64,000 nt of DNA from Candidatus Palauibacter ramosifaciens (GCA_009845855.1 VXYT01000112.1:8472-72471), one strand, 5' to 3'; counted from the stretch's first letter, positions 23,949 through 35,452 are shown. The notes: generated by a model not told the origin, from the sequence alone. Program-made: numbers and translations.

Positions 23949-26774
23949 TCACTGCGTCTCCAGCCAGCGGTCTTCCAGCACCTCCAGCAGCGCCGAATGC
24001 GTGGCCTCACCCACCTTCAGCGTCACGCGGTATGTGCCCGGGGTCACGGGCAACCCGGCCCCGCCCCGGCCCTGGAGGCCCGGGTTCGTGCGCAGATTCC
24101 AGGCCACCCGGTTCAGCCCCGTCCGGCCGGTGCCTTCGAGTCCGCGCACGACCCTGCCGGTCGCGAGGTCCGAGATCTCGATCGACACATCGGCCGGAGA
24201 GCCCAGGTAGTACTGGATCATCGTACCTGCCGGCGCGCTCTCGCCCGTCCAGTTCTTGTCGCCCGTGACGGAGCGGCTGCGCCGGATATCGTTCTTCCAG
24301 AGGACGGCCGGGCGGGGGTCGAACAGGTGGGCGTCGCTCGCGAGGATGCCATCGGTCAGCGCCTGAAGGGCCGTGACGTCGTCGAGGATGTAGACGCTGC
24401 GGCCGTGCGTCGCCAACACGAGATCGTTCTCGCGGGGGTGGACGACCACATCGTCGATCCGGACTACGGGCAGGCCCGGCATGAAGTCGTGCCACGTGTC
24501 GCCCTCGTCGAACGAGACGTGGAAGCCGAACTCGGTGCCGACGTAGAGCAGACGGGGGTTCCGCGGATCCTGCCGGACCGTGTTCACGTTTCCGAACGAG
24601 GGCAGATTCGATGTGATGTCTTCCCACGTGGCGCCGTAGTCGCGGGTCACGTACACGTAGGGACGCAGGTCGTCGTTCTTGTGCCCGTCGATCGATACGT
24701 ACGCGGTCGCCGCGTCCGCATGCGAGGCTTCCACGCGGGACACGTAGTGCCGCGTCGTACCCCCGGGGAGGTTGCGGCTGACCTCGGTCCAGATCGCACC
24801 CCCGTCGCGGCTCACCTGGATGTTGCCGTCGTCGGTTCCGGCCCAGAGAAGGCCCGGGACGATGGGCGACTCGGCGATGGACGTCATGCTGCCCCACATC
24901 GATACGCCATCGTTGCGCGACAGCGTGCACTCCGTCCCGCGCTCGAACTGCGAGCAGCGCGGGATGCCGTTGGCCACCCCCATCACGACCTCGGCGTCCC
25001 GGTCCACGTCTTTCGAGAGGTCCGGGCCCATCGTCCAGGTCTCTCCACGGTCGCGCGATGTGAAGAACCGGTTGCCGCCCGCGTGCAGGATGCGCGGGTT
25101 GTGGGGCGAGAGGAGGAACGGTGTGTTCCAGTTCCACCGGATCTCGCTGTCAACCGATGGAACCGGGGCGATGTTGGTGTCCATGGGGTCTTCTTCATCC
25201 GGGACCCGCGGTGTGATCGGACGCGAGACGCCCTCGCGCAGATCCACGCGCCGGAGACGCCCGTTCTGCGACTCGACGAACACGATCGCCGCGTCCGTCG
25301 GGTCGACCTGCGTGTAGAACCCGTCCCCGCCGCCGACCCGATACCAGTCCTGGGAGAGGATCGGCCCCGAGCGCACGGAGCTCGGCCCGCACCAGCTTCC
25401 GTTGTCCTGCAGGCCGGTGCAGACGTAGTAGGGGCGCCGCATGTCCACCGAGGCGTGATAGGGCTGCCCGACGGCCCAGGGGCGCAGCGATTCCCAGGTC
25501 TCGCCCTGGTCCCAACTCACGTCGACCCCCCCATCGTTGCCGATCACGAGGTGATCGTGGTCGGCCGGATCGATCCAGAACGCGTGCTGGTCTACGTGGC
25601 CGTACCCGCTCAGCACCTCCCAGGTGCGGCCGCCGTCGCGTGACTTCGACACCCGCTGGTCCACGGTATAGACGAGATCGGGATCCTCGGGGGAGACCCG
25701 GATCTGGCTGAAGTACATGGGGCGTCCGTTCTCGTTGCTCCGGAACTCCCATGTGCGGCCCTTGTCCGCCGATCGCCACACCCCGGACCACTGCGGGTCG
25801 GGGGGGAGCGAATCGAGCCTGGCAAGCCTGCGCCATTCGCCCTGCTCCTCTTCGGACAGCGGCGACTCGCGGTCCGCGGCCACTTCGATCTGGGCGTAGA
25901 CGATGTCGGGATCGGCGGGCGTCATTGCGAGCGCGATGCGGCCCAGGGTGCCGGCGGGCAGCCCGGCTCCCTCGACGGGCGACCAGCTCTCCCCGCCGTC
26001 CCCGGAACGCCAGATTCCGCTTCCCGGCCCGCCGCCGACAAAACAGCACACGGTGCGTCGACGCTGATAGGTAGAGGCGAACAGCACGTCGGGATTCGAC
26101 GGGTCCATGACGAGGTCCGTCGCGCCGGTGTCCTCATCGACCGCGAGTACGTGGCGCCAGCTCGCTCCTCCGTCGCTGGACTTGAACACGCCGCGCTCCG
26201 CGTTGGGGCCGAAGAGATGGCCGACCGCGGCCACCCATACGACATCCGGATTCGTCGGGTGGACGAGGACGCGCGCGATGCTCTGCGTCTCCCGGAGTCC
26301 CGCATGCGTGAACGTGGCGCCGCCGTCGGTGCTCTTGTAGACACCGTAACCGAACGACGAGCTTTGTCGGTTGTTCGCCTCGCCCGTACCCACGTAGAGG
26401 ACGTCGGGGTCGGAGGGCGCGAGGGCGAGGGCGCCGATGGAGTGCGTCTCGTAGCTGTCGAAGATCGGCTCGAACGTCGTCCCGCGGTTCGTCGTCTTCC
26501 ACAGACCGCCGGTCGCGAAGCCGACGTAGAAGATCCGGCTGTCTTCGGGGTGGACCGCGAGGTCGTCGACGCGACCGCCCTGCCCGGTCGGGCCGACGGG
26601 CCGCCACCGGAACCCCTGGAGCAGCGGGTGTCCGGGGGCGTTGAGGACGGCCTCCGCGTCTTCATCCCGCGCTCCGTCCTGGGCATGGGCGGGCGGCGGC
26701 GGCACGGTGAGTGCGGCCGCGAACAGGGCGAGCACGGTCATCGAGGGGGCGCATGTGCGCGATTCGTATCGCAT
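23949..26774 (-). CDS. secreted BNR/Asp-box repeat protein (sortilin/VPS10-like beta-propellers)
   Basis: Has a signal peptide. S/T-x-D-G-G-x-T/S-W Asp-box motifs recur: YKSTDGGATF, FKSSDGGASW, WRSGDGGESW, WRSADKGRTW, SKSRDGGRTW, VSRDGGAIW, VTRDYGATW. Confidence 0.8.
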   Translation of the reverse strand: MRYESRTCAPSMTVLALFAAALTVPPPPAHAQDGARDEDAEAVLNAPGHPLLQGFRWRPVGPTGQGGRVDDLAVHPEDSRIFYVGFATGGLWKTTNRGTTFEPIFDSYETHSIGALALAPSDPDVLYVGTGEANNRQSSSFGYGVYKSTDGGATFTHAGLRETQSIARVLVHPTNPDVVWVAAVGHLFGPNAERGVFKSSDGGASWRHVLAVDEDTGATDLVMDPSNPDVLFASTYQRRRTVCCFVGGGPGSGIWRSGDGGESWSPVEGAGLPAGTLGRIALAMTPADPDIVYAQIEVAADRESPLSEEEQGEWRRLARLDSLPPDPQWSGVWRSADKGRTWEFRSNENGRPMYFSQIRVSPEDPDLVYTVDQRVSKSRDGGRTWEVLSGYGHVDQHAFWIDPADHDHLVIGNDGGVDVSWDQGETWESLRPWAVGQPYHASVDMRRPYYVCTGLQDNGSWCGPSSVRSGPILSQDWYRVGGGDGFYTQVDPTDAAIVFVESQNGRLRRVDLREGVSRPITPRVPDEEDPMDTNIAPVPSVDSEIRWNWNTPFLLSPHNPRILHAGGNRFFTSRDRGETWTMGPDLSKDVDRDAEVVMGVANGIPRCSQFERGTECTLSRNDGVSMWGSMTSIAESPIVPGLLWAGTDDGNIQVSRDGGAIWTEVSRNLPGGTTRHYVSRVEASHADAATAYVSIDGHKNDDLRPYVYVTRDYGATWEDITSNLPSFGNVNTVRQDPRNPRLLYVGTEFGFHVSFDEGDTWHDFMPGLPVVRIDDVVVHPRENDLVLATHGRSVYILDDVTALQALTDGILASDAHLFDPRPAVLWKNDIRRSRSVTGDKNWTGESAPAGTMIQYYLGSPADVSIEISDLATGRVVRGLEGTGRTGLNRVAWNLRTNPGLQGRGGAGLPVTPGTYRVTLKVGEATHSALLEVLEDRWLETQ

Positions 26775-26902
26775 AAAGTTTTTTCTTTCGGTAAGGTCGG
26801 GGGTGACGACCCGGCATTATCCGACGGACGGTCGGAGTCTGTCAAAGCTCAACTCGGCGAAACGGACGGCGACTTGCCCGAGGGATCGCGGAAAAGCATG
26901 CT

Positions 26903-26916
26903 GCGGGGCGCCCCGC
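26903..26916. promoter_or_regulatory. perfect 14-nt GC palindrome GCGGGGCGCCCCGC immediately upstream of the fmdB Shine-Dalgarno
   Basis: The sequence is self-complementary, 7 nt before AGGAGGG-N5-ATG (26930). Confidence 0.3.
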
Positions 26917-26929
26917 GACAGGAGGGTCC

Positions 26930-27175
26930 ATGCCGATATACGAGTACCGGTGCCGCGAGTGTTCAGACGAGTTCGAACTCCTCGTGCGGGGTTCCATGAC
27001 GCCCGCGTGCGCCTCGTGCGGGAGCGCGGAGCTGGACCGACTCATCTCCCTTCCGCGCGTCCACTCCGGGGCGCGCAAGGAACGGTCGCTCGCCGCGGCG
27101 AAGAAACGCGACGTGAAGCTGGGGAGCGAACGCACGCGGGCGCAGCGGGAGTACGAACTGAGCCATAACGACTGA
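26930..27175 (+). CDS. FmdB-family zinc-ribbon regulatory protein
   Basis: MPIYEYRCRECSDEFELL...CASCGS has two CxxC pairs, typical of the FmdB/CxxC_CxxC_SSSS family. Confidence 0.8.
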   Translation: MPIYEYRCRECSDEFELLVRGSMTPACASCGSAELDRLISLPRVHSGARKERSLAAAKKRDVKLGSERTRAQREYELSHND

Positions 27176-27245
27176 CGCCCCGGAACAGGCGAGCGCGGCG
27201 GATCCGTGAGACGGACGGGCGGGCGAGGCGGATGGAGATGACGGG

Positions 27246-27641
27246 ATGACGGAGACCTACGCGCAGGCGCTGGCCGGGCACGGGATCGAGGACGTACAGC
27301 CCCTTTACCGTCGACTCCTCCTGCGGTTGAAGACGCGCGATGGCGGAGCCTACGAGCTCGCCGTCGCGCGCTACCGATCGAACGTGGAAGGCGTGACGGA
27401 GGGCGGCGAGGCGCTGGCGGCATGGCTTTCCTATGGGGCTTGGCTGGCGTGCAGCCTGGAGCCCGGGGGACTCTTCACAATTTCCGAGGAAGGTCTCGCG
27501 GCGCCCGCGCCGGACCCTTCCCCTATGGGCGCCATGCTGATCCATCTGCCCGATGCGGCGAACCGCAGGGGCTTCGTGATCGCCATGCCCGCGGCCCCGT
27601 CCGAAGCTCAGCGCGCAACGGCCGACCTGCTGTGTGAATAG
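27246..27641 (+). CDS. hypothetical protein
   Basis: 131 aa ORF between fmdB and gyrA. Codon usage is consistent with neighbours. I recognise no family. Confidence 0.35.
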   Translation: MTETYAQALAGHGIEDVQPLYRRLLLRLKTRDGGAYELAVARYRSNVEGVTEGGEALAAWLSYGAWLACSLEPGGLFTISEEGLAAPAPDPSPMGAMLIHLPDAANRRGFVIAMPAAPSEAQRATADLLCE

Positions 27642-27712
27642 GGTTCCCCCGGCCGCGACCGGTGCGGGCTGACGATGAGGAGGATGGTTGAGGTGGAAGA
27701 GGAGGCACGGCA

Positions 27713-30241
27713 GTGACGCAAGGCACCCTGCAGCACGAACGCATCGAACGCCGCGCACTCGAGCAGGAGATGCGCGAGTCGTTCATCGACTACTCGATGA
27801 GCGTCATCGTGCAGCGTGCGCTCCCCGATGCCCGCGACGGCCTGAAGCCGGTCCATCGCCGGATCCTTTACGCAATGCTGGAAGAGGGGATGCGCCCCTC
27901 GCGGCCCCACAAGAAGAGCGCGACGGTCGTGGGCGACGTCCTGGGCCGGTATCACCCGCACGGCGATGGGGCGGTGTACGACACCATCGTCCGCATGGTC
28001 CAGCACTTCTCGCTGCGCTATCCGCTCATCGACGGCCAGGGCAACTTCGGGTCGATCGACGGCGATTCCGCCGCCGCCTACCGGTACACGGAAGTGCGGA
28101 TGACGCCGGTCGCCATGGACCTCCTCGCCGACATCGAGCGCGACACCGTCGACAAGCGACCCAACTTCGACGGGCGCCTCAGCGAGCCGGTGGTTCTGCC
28201 CTGCCGGCTGCCGCACCTCCTGCTGAACGGCAGCGACGGGATCGCGGTCGGCATGGCGACGAAGATCCCGCCGCATAACGCCGGGGAACTCCTCGCCGCG
28301 GTCGACCACCTTGTCGCGAACCCGCATTGCGACATCGAAGATCTGCTCGCACGCCTGCCCGGGCCCGACTTCCCGACAGGCGGATACATCCAGGGCCGGT
28401 CCGGCATCGAGTCCGCCTACCGGACCGGTCGGGGACGCCTCGACATGCGCGCCAGGATCCACATTGAGGAGGGCAGGTTCGGGAAGAGCTCGCTGATCGT
28501 TACGGAACTCCCCTATCAGGTGAACAAGACGCGCGTGATCGAGCAGATCACGAAGCTCGTGCGCGCCGGGCGGGCTGACGCGATCACCGACCTGCGCGAC
28601 GAGTCCGACCGCGACGGGATCCGGCTCGTGATCGAGCTCAAGCGCGACGCGAAGCCGAAGAAGGTGCTCGCGACCCTGTTCAAGAAAACGCAGCTCCGCT
28701 ACACATTCGGCGTGATCATGCTCGCCCTCGTAGATGGCAAGCCCGAGGAGCTGGATCTGAGGAGAGTCCTCGGCACCTGGATCGATCATCGCCTCTCCGT
28801 GATCCGCCGCGGCGCCGCGCACGACCTCGCCCGGGCCGGGGACCGCGCGCACGTCGTCGAAGGACTGCGGACGGCGCTCGACGAAATCGATCGCGTCATC
28901 GACATCATCCGCGGCTCGAAGACGCCGGCCGCCGCGCAGAAGGCACTCCTCGCGGCGTTCGACCTCACGGAGCGGCAGGCGGACGCGATCCTCGCCATGC
29001 GGCTCGTGCGGCTGACGGGCCTGGAACGGGACAAGCTGGCTGAGGAACTCAGGGCGCTGCGGGAGGAGATCACGCGCCTGACCGCCCTGGTGGAGGACGA
29101 GGCGGCCCGGCGGGGATTCCTGCGAGAGGAGATTCGGGAGCTGGCGGGACGCTACGACGACCCCAGGCGGACGGAGATCCTCGATGACGACGCGGAGTTC
29201 CGGCTGTCGAAGGGGGGCGGCGGCGAGGCGCAGCTGGTGCTCGTGAGTCGGGGCGGCTACGTGAAGGCGCAGCCTGCCGCAACCGGCGGGGGGATGGCGG
29301 GCGCCGAAGTGCTGTCCGCCCGTGAAGGCGACTTCGCGCGCCACGCGTTCCTGGCGCGGGGGACGCATACGCTCCTCGCGTTCACGGCCCGCGGCAACGC
29401 GCATGCGCTACCCGTGTCGGCGCTGCCGAGGGGCACGCGGAGCTCCCGGGGCCGCCACCTCGAGGAGTTCATCGAGCTGGAGCCGGCCGACGAGATCGTC
29501 GCGCTGCTCGCGGCCGAGACGTTCGCCGATGACCGGTTCCTCGTGGTGGCCACGCGACGGGGTCACGCGAAGCGTTCGGCGCTGTCGGAGTACGCGAACG
29601 CCCGGAGCGCGGGCATCATCGGAGCCGGGATCGCGCGCGGCGACGAGGCCGTGGCCGCGTTCGTCACCGAGGGGAGCAGCGACCTCCTGTTCGCGACGCG
29701 ATCCGGCCAGGCGATCCGCTTCCCGGAGTCCGCCATCCGAGCCATGGGGCGCACGGCCCGCGGCGTCAAGGCCATCGACCTGGCGCCCGGCGACGTGGTG
29801 GTCGCCGCGACGGCTCCACGCGCGGACTCCGATCTGCTCGTGGCTACCGCCGCCGGGTACGGCAAGCGCATCCCGTTCACCGAATTCAAGGTCCAGGGCC
29901 GAGCAGGCAAGGGTTTCACCGTCCTTCCCGAGCGGGCGCGTACCGGCGGTCTCGTGGGGTTCACCGAAGCGCACGACGCGGACGAGGTGGCCTGGGAACT
30001 GTCCGATGGGTCCGTGGAGGCGATGTCGGCGGCCAGCGTGATCCGCCGGGCGCCCCGCGACGCCGGGCGCCCCGCCGTGCGGCTGCCGGCCGGCGTTGCG
30101 GTGGAGGCGGTACACCCGATGTACTCGGGACGCCGCGCGCGCACCGGATCTCCTGCCGGCGAGGAGACCGGTGAGCATGCATTCCCGGAAACGCCCCCGG
30201 GCGGCGGGGATCCGCAGGCCGAGTTGGAGTTCGAAGCATGA
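27713..30241 (+). CDS. gyrA: DNA gyrase subunit A
   Basis: N-terminus [32 protein letters not shown] has the catalytic Tyr region. The [13 protein letters not shown] pattern fits GyrA better than ParC. A C-terminal beta-pinwheel is present. A canonical QRRGGKG GyrA-box is not obvious. Confidence 0.85.
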   Translation: MTQGTLQHERIERRALEQEMRESFIDYSMSVIVQRALPDARDGLKPVHRRILYAMLEEGMRPSRPHKKSATVVGDVLGRYHPHGDGAVYDTIVRMVQHFSLRYPLIDGQGNFGSIDGDSAAAYRYTEVRMTPVAMDLLADIERDTVDKRPNFDGRLSEPVVLPCRLPHLLLNGSDGIAVGMATKIPPHNAGELLAAVDHLVANPHCDIEDLLARLPGPDFPTGGYIQGRSGIESAYRTGRGRLDMRARIHIEEGRFGKSSLIVTELPYQVNKTRVIEQITKLVRAGRADAITDLRDESDRDGIRLVIELKRDAKPKKVLATLFKKTQLRYTFGVIMLALVDGKPEELDLRRVLGTWIDHRLSVIRRGAAHDLARAGDRAHVVEGLRTALDEIDRVIDIIRGSKTPAAAQKALLAAFDLTERQADAILAMRLVRLTGLERDKLAEELRALREEITRLTALVEDEAARRGFLREEIRELAGRYDDPRRTEILDDDAEFRLSKGGGGEAQLVLVSRGGYVKAQPAATGGGMAGAEVLSAREGDFARHAFLARGTHTLLAFTARGNAHALPVSALPRGTRSSRGRHLEEFIELEPADEIVALLAAETFADDRFLVVATRRGHAKRSALSEYANARSAGIIGAGIARGDEAVAAFVTEGSSDLLFATRSGQAIRFPESAIRAMGRTARGVKAIDLAPGDVVVAATAPRADSDLLVATAAGYGKRIPFTEFKVQGRAGKGFTVLPERARTGGLVGFTEAHDADEVAWELSDGSVEAMSAASVIRRAPRDAGRPAVRLPAGVAVEAVHPMYSGRRARTGSPAGEETGEHAFPETPPGGGDPQAELEFEA

Positions 30242-31089
30242 GAAACATAGGAGAGTCCATGCAAAGACTCTGTGCGATGTTGGCGGTGTCGACGTTGGCG
30301 GCGTCCACGTTCGTCGCGTGCGGCGGCGGGACGCCGGAAGACGGCGGCGGGACCGCGGCGGCCGCCGCGGCGCCGAACGACACCGCGGCCATGCACGTCG
30401 CGCGTCTGGCCGAGAGTCTCGGTGGACGCGAGGCATGGGACCGAACGCGATACCTGTCGTTCCGCTGGATCGTGGAACGCGACGGCGAGATCGTGGCGAA
30501 CCGCGAACATTCGTGGGACCGGTACGACGGACGGTATCGCGTCGCCTTTGCAGTGGACGGAACGCCCCACCTGCTGCTCTTCAACGTGAACGAAGTAGAG
30601 CCGCACCCCGAACTCGAGAAGGTTCCGGCCGGACGCGCATGGGTCGGGGGCGAGGAACTGGCCGGCGCGGCGCGGGACTCTGCGCTCCGGCGCGGCTACG
30701 GCGCTTTCATCAACGATACGTACTGGGCGATCATGCCGTTCAAGTGGGACGACCCGGGCGTGCACGTCGCCTACGAGGGGACGCGTACGCTCTCCGATGG
30801 CAGGACGTACGAGGTCATCCACCTCAGCTTCGACGAGGGGCTGGGTACGACCGAAGACCAGTACTGGGGCTTCCTCGACGAGTCGGGACGCATGATGGCC
30901 TGGCAGTACCACCTGGGGCGTGCGGAAGCTCCCGGAGAGGTCATCTGGTGGGCCGACTGGCAACCGGTCGGCGACATCCAGTTTGCGATGACGCGGCTCC
31001 GGGATGGGGGCAGCCGTTTCATCTACTTCGAGGATGTGGCCGCGGGTGAGACGGTGCCCGACGGACGCTTCGATCCTCCGACGCCTTGA
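30238..31089 (+). CDS. hypothetical lipoprotein
   Basis: Signal plus lipobox: [24 protein letters not shown]. It overlaps the gyrA stop. The likely start is the ATG at 30259. Confidence 0.55.
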   Translation: MRNIGESMQRLCAMLAVSTLAASTFVACGGGTPEDGGGTAAAAAAPNDTAAMHVARLAESLGGREAWDRTRYLSFRWIVERDGEIVANREHSWDRYDGRYRVAFAVDGTPHLLLFNVNEVEPHPELEKVPAGRAWVGGEELAGAARDSALRRGYGAFINDTYWAIMPFKWDDPGVHVAYEGTRTLSDGRTYEVIHLSFDEGLGTTEDQYWGFLDESGRMMAWQYHLGRAEAPGEVIWWADWQPVGDIQFAMTRLRDGGSRFIYFEDVAAGETVPDGRFDPPTP

Positions 31090-32819
31090 GCGAGCAAGGA
31101 TCCGGCCCGACGGCGCCGGACTCGATCTCCTCAAGCACCGAGGAGGGGCGGCAGTACCGCGGGGGCGTGTACCAACCGCTCGACGAGACCGCCCTCCCCG
31201 ACGCGCCCGACACCGAGGCGTTCCCCGACCGCGGTCACGGCCGACCGTTCAAGTTCGTCCGCCGCATGTCGCGGGTACCGCGCCTCAGGCACATCATCGG
31301 TCCGTCGGTCATCGCGCTCGGCATGGGTCTGGGAAGCGGCGAGTTCCTCCTCTGGCCCAACCTCGTGGCGGCCAACGGGTTCTCGATCTGGTGGCTGTTC
31401 TGGATCGGCGTCGTGACCCAGTTCGTCGTCATCGGCGAGATCGAACGCTGGACCATCGCCACCGGCGAGTCGACATTCGCCGGCATGGCGCGGCTCGACC
31501 GGCTGGGGTTCTGGCCCTGGCTCTTCCTGGTCGCGACGCTGGCCAGCTTCTTTTGGCCCGGGTGGGCGTCTCAGTCCGCCGAATTGGTGGGTCAGATCGT
31601 GGTCCTCGTCGGAGGGCCGCAGATCCAGTGGCAACCGATGGCGCTGCTCATGCTCGCCTGCATCTGGTTCGGGCTCGCGGTCTCCCGGATCGTCTACAAT
31701 GTCCTGGAGCGCTGCGAGATCGCGCTGGTGGCCGGGTTCTTCCCTCTTCTCGCGATTACGCTTCTCGTGGTCGGTCTCGTTCCGTCCCATCTCCTCGAAC
31801 TGGCGATCGGCGCCGTCTCGTTCGGGAGCGCCCCGGCCGAACTGTTCACCGGGGATCAGTTTCCGACGCTGATCCTCGCGGTCGCGTATGCCGGCACCGG
31901 GGGTACGCTGCTCCTCGCACAGTCGCTGTGGCTGCGCGACAAGGGCTTCGGGATGGCGCGGTTCCAGGGGCGGATCGCCGGCATCCGCGGACGCAATGAG
32001 GACATCAGCACGACGGGGTTCGTCTTCGACACGAACGACCCGACCCAGCTCGGGCGTTTCCGGGGATGGATGCGGGTTGTCCACCAGGAGCTGCTCGTCA
32101 CCTTCGTTGTCCTGACTCTCCTGAGCGTCGTCATCACGTGCATGCTCGTCGCGGCGACGCTTGGGACGGACAGCCCGGAGATCGCGGGCGATCTGACTGC
32201 CATGGTGACGCTGCAGGGCGAGGCGATCGAACGTGTCGGCGGGCTATGGCTGCGCGTCGCGTTCCTGCTCGGGGGATCGTTCGTCATCTTTTCGACCCAG
32301 CTTGCGATCCTCGACACCGTCACTCGCATCACGGGCTGCATCTTCTTCGAACGTTTCGGATACCGGACCCGCTTCTTCACGCAGAAACGCACGTTTCTGG
32401 TGTTTCTCACGATCTTCGTGCTGGCGGCGATGGGGATCATCACCGCGTCGTGGATCGGCGGGGAGGCGCTGGATGTGCTTCAGCCCGATTTCCTGCTCCT
32501 CATCGCCGGCCCGTTCACGATGTCCAGCATGTTCCTGTTCACGCTCGTCATCGGCTACATGAACGTGCGCCGGCTGCCGGCCGAGCTGGGGCCTCCGACC
32601 TGGAAGCGGTGGAGTCTGCTCTGGGCTGCGGTGCTGTGGGGATGGTTCACGGCCGAACAGCTCTCGCGAACCACGATGCTCGTCACCGGAGTGGCGCCGC
32701 AGTTCCAGGAGTCCCTGGCGCTCCACCCGATCCGCATCGTGCTCTACGCGCTGTGGCTGGGGTCGCTCGTGTGGTTCGCCGCGCGCACCCTTCCGGGACG
32801 GGCGCCGCGCGGGGTGTAG
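31086..32819 (+). CDS. polytopic membrane protein, putative transporter (distant Nramp-like; family uncertain)
   Basis: About 11-12 predicted TM helices after a 60-aa cytoplasmic N-terminus. The TTG start at 31086 overlaps the lipoprotein stop (TTGA). An alternative start is the ATG at 31266. Confidence 0.55.
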   Translation: MSEQGSGPTAPDSISSSTEEGRQYRGGVYQPLDETALPDAPDTEAFPDRGHGRPFKFVRRMSRVPRLRHIIGPSVIALGMGLGSGEFLLWPNLVAANGFSIWWLFWIGVVTQFVVIGEIERWTIATGESTFAGMARLDRLGFWPWLFLVATLASFFWPGWASQSAELVGQIVVLVGGPQIQWQPMALLMLACIWFGLAVSRIVYNVLERCEIALVAGFFPLLAITLLVVGLVPSHLLELAIGAVSFGSAPAELFTGDQFPTLILAVAYAGTGGTLLLAQSLWLRDKGFGMARFQGRIAGIRGRNEDISTTGFVFDTNDPTQLGRFRGWMRVVHQELLVTFVVLTLLSVVITCMLVAATLGTDSPEIAGDLTAMVTLQGEAIERVGGLWLRVAFLLGGSFVIFSTQLAILDTVTRITGCIFFERFGYRTRFFTQKRTFLVFLTIFVLAAMGIITASWIGGEALDVLQPDFLLLIAGPFTMSSMFLFTLVIGYMNVRRLPAELGPPTWKRWSLLWAAVLWGWFTAEQLSRTTMLVTGVAPQFQESLALHPIRIVLYALWLGSLVWFAARTLPGRAPRGV

Positions 32820-32868
32820 TGAGGGGTGCAGTAACGGGAAGGGACGGATCGACGCCGCGGGTCGCCCG

Positions 32869-33852
32869 CTACGCCGTGGGTGCCGGCACCGCCTCCGCCA
32901 TCTTTCCGGACATCTCCTCCGCGCTCTTCATCTGCGAGAGATCGAGCGTGAAGTCCGGCCGTTCCACCGGAGACAGCTTGTTCAGCAGTTCCCGGATCTC
33001 TCGGGGCGCCAGACCGGCCGCCCCGAGATCCTCCTTCGTCGCGATCCCTTCGGCGCAGATCGATTCCGACTCGGCGTCCACCCGCAGCAGGCTTCGCAGC
33101 ACCTCGAGTTCCCCCGCGCTCAGCCGCGCCCCCAGCACCTCGTAGTCGACCCAGGCCTCGTAGCTGAGCGGGGCGACCCGCTGGAGCATCCCGGCCATCA
33201 CCCGGCCATACTCCTGGATTTCCCACTGAGCGTGCGAGTCCACCCGCAGCCGCAGGAAGTGGAGGAGGTTGTGCAGGTCGATCTTCCAGTACCACTGCGT
33301 ATAGGTGGAGAGGGGAAGGTCGATCCGCGCGAGTTCCCGGGCGACATCCTCGGACAGCAGCCAGCCGTAGGAATCGGCCGCTTCCGCGCGCAGCTGATCC
33401 CAGCGGTCGATCGCGTTGCGGTAGAGGTCGTCCGGGGCGGGATCCGTCTCCCGGCCCTGGTTGTTCAGGCGACTCTGATAGGCGAACTGCTCGTGGTTCG
33501 GCCGGTAGAACAGCAGCGGCAGGAGGCTGTAGCGGGCGCTGAGTTCGTTGACGGAAGCCGTGCGGTGCCGGATCCACTGTCGCGCCACGAACATCGGCAT
33601 GGAGCAGTGGAACTTGAACTCGACCATCTCGCTCGGCGTCGTGTGGGCGTGGCGCCGCAGATACCGCACGAGGCCGCGCGTCTGGCTCACGCGGCGCGTG
33701 CCGGCCCCGTAGCTGACGCGAGCCGCTGCCTCCACATCGGCGTCTGAGCCCATGTAGTCGACGAGCGCGACGAATCCGTGGTCGAGGACGGGAAAATACC
33801 CGCCGAGAATCTCCTCGGCCGCGGGGACGGTCGGCCTCCTGGTCGTCTCCAT
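32869..33852 (-). CDS. thyX: FAD-dependent thymidylate synthase
   Basis: Carries the ThyX signature RHRTASVNELSARY (RHRxxSxNExSxRY) and the N-terminal YFPVLDHGFVALVDYMGSD. Confidence 0.9.
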   Translation of the reverse strand: METTRRPTVPAAEEILGGYFPVLDHGFVALVDYMGSDADVEAAARVSYGAGTRRVSQTRGLVRYLRRHAHTTPSEMVEFKFHCSMPMFVARQWIRHRTASVNELSARYSLLPLLFYRPNHEQFAYQSRLNNQGRETDPAPDDLYRNAIDRWDQLRAEAADSYGWLLSEDVARELARIDLPLSTYTQWYWKIDLHNLLHFLRLRVDSHAQWEIQEYGRVMAGMLQRVAPLSYEAWVDYEVLGARLSAGELEVLRSLLRVDAESESICAEGIATKEDLGAAGLAPREIRELLNKLSPVERPDFTLDLSQMKSAEEMSGKMAEAVPAPTA

Positions 33853-33893
33853 GGGCTACCCGTGCGCTACAGGGGGTGGTGTCGGGCAGAATA

Positions 33894-35381
33894 TCAGTTC
33901 GTGAGCACGCGGGCGACCGCCCGCCGCCACCCGCAATAGAGTGTTTCGCGCTCCTGCGCGTCCATGGCGGGCCGCCACGCGCGGTCATGTCGCCACAGTG
34001 CCGCGACTTCCCGCAGATCGGCGAACACGCCGGCGCCGAGGCCCGCCAGCATCGCCGCCCCCAGCGCGGTGGTCTCGGTCACGACGGGGCGCCCGATCTC
34101 GAGGTCGAGGATGTCGGCGAGAAACTGCATCGCCCAGTCGTTGCGCGTGAACCCGCCGTCCACGCGCAACGTGCCGGGGCGCGGCGCGCCGTCCCCCTGC
34201 ATCGCGTCGATCAGTTCGCGTGACTGGTAGGCGACCGCCTCCAGCGCCGCCCGGGCGATCTCGGCTCGACCTGTGTCGCGCGTCATTCCCAGCAGGGCGG
34301 CACGGGCGTCCGGATCCCAGTGGATGCCGCCCAGCCCGACGAAGGCGGGAACCAGCACGACCCCGCCCGTCGAATCCACGGAACGGGCCAGAGCCTCCGT
34401 CTCGGCGGCATCGGAGATGATGCCCAGCCCATCGCGCAGCCACTGAACCGAGGCGCCCGCGACGAAGATGCTGCCCTCGAGCGCGTACGTGCGTTCTCCG
34501 CCCAGTTGCCAGGCCACCGTCGTGAGCAGGCCTTGCCGGGATGCGAGTCGCTCCGCGCCGGTGTTCAGCAGCGCAAACGCGCCCGTACCGTAGGTGAACT
34601 TCATCCCGCCCGGCTCGAACGCCGCCTGCCCGAAGGTCGCCGCCTGCTGGTCGCCGGCCACGCCCCGCACCGGGATCGCACGGCCGAAGAGCCCGGCGGA
34701 CGTTTCCCCGAAGTCGCCGGCGGAATCGCGAACCTCGGGCAACAGGGAGGCGGGCACGCGCAGAATTTCGAGCAGTTCCGGGTGCCACCGGCCCTCATCG
34801 ATGTCGTAGAGGAGGGTCCGCGACGCGTTCGACGCATCCGTCGCGTGCACGCGTCCTCCGGTCAGACACCAGAGCAGCCAGGTGTCGATCGTCCCGAAGG
34901 CGAGGTCGCCCTTACCCGCCGCCTCGCGCGCTCCAGACACATGGTCGAGGATCCACGCGAGCTTCGTTCCGGAAAAGTACGGGTCGAGCCGCAAACCGGT
35001 GCGGCGCTCGATCGGCCCCTCGTGTCCCGCCCCGCGAAGCCGGGCGCACTCCTTCGCCGTCCGCCGGTCCTGCCACACGATCGCCGGGTGAATCGGCCTG
35101 CCGCTCGCGCGTTCCCAGACCACGGTCGTCTCGCGCTGGTTCGTGATGCCGATCGCCGCCACATGGGCCCCGAGCGTCTCGGCGGCCTCGATGACCTCCC
35201 GCGCCGCCCGGATCGCATCGTCCCGAATTCGCTCGGCATCATGCTCCACCCGGCCCGGCATCGGATAGCTCTGAGGCAGCTCGCGCTGCGCCGTGGCCAG
35301 CGCCACCGCCGCGCGATCGAACGCGATGGCGCGCGTGGAGGTCGTTCCCTGGTCGATCGCGATCACCGCCGGGTCGGTCAT
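33894..35381 (-). CDS. glpK: glycerol kinase
   Basis: [15 protein letters not shown]... WQDRRT... [14 protein letters not shown]... FTYGTGAF... [18 protein letters not shown] are the FGGY kinase motifs, conserved throughout. Confidence 0.95.
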   Translation of the reverse strand: MTDPAVIAIDQGTTSTRAIAFDRAAVALATAQRELPQSYPMPGRVEHDAERIRDDAIRAAREVIEAAETLGAHVAAIGITNQRETTVVWERASGRPIHPAIVWQDRRTAKECARLRGAGHEGPIERRTGLRLDPYFSGTKLAWILDHVSGAREAAGKGDLAFGTIDTWLLWCLTGGRVHATDASNASRTLLYDIDEGRWHPELLEILRVPASLLPEVRDSAGDFGETSAGLFGRAIPVRGVAGDQQAATFGQAAFEPGGMKFTYGTGAFALLNTGAERLASRQGLLTTVAWQLGGERTYALEGSIFVAGASVQWLRDGLGIISDAAETEALARSVDSTGGVVLVPAFVGLGGIHWDPDARAALLGMTRDTGRAEIARAALEAVAYQSRELIDAMQGDGAPRPGTLRVDGGFTRNDWAMQFLADILDLEIGRPVVTETTALGAAMLAGLGAGVFADLREVAALWRHDRAWRPAMDAQERETLYCGWRRAVARVLTN

Positions 35382-35452
35382 GGTCCCAGGCTACGGGCTG
35401 GATCGGCGCGGTTTCAAGTCCCGCGATCCCGCAGCGTCCTGAACATCAACCA

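Noticed and set aside
24007-26686. Multiple long ORFs inside and antisense to the BNR/sortilin gene (23997-25643 plus, 24007-25137 minus, 25195-26049 minus, 25922-26686 minus)
   Set aside because: They are alternative frames of a gene with seven clear Asp-box repeats in the chosen frame.
27608-29404. 598-aa minus-strand ORF
   Set aside because: It is antisense to gyrA.
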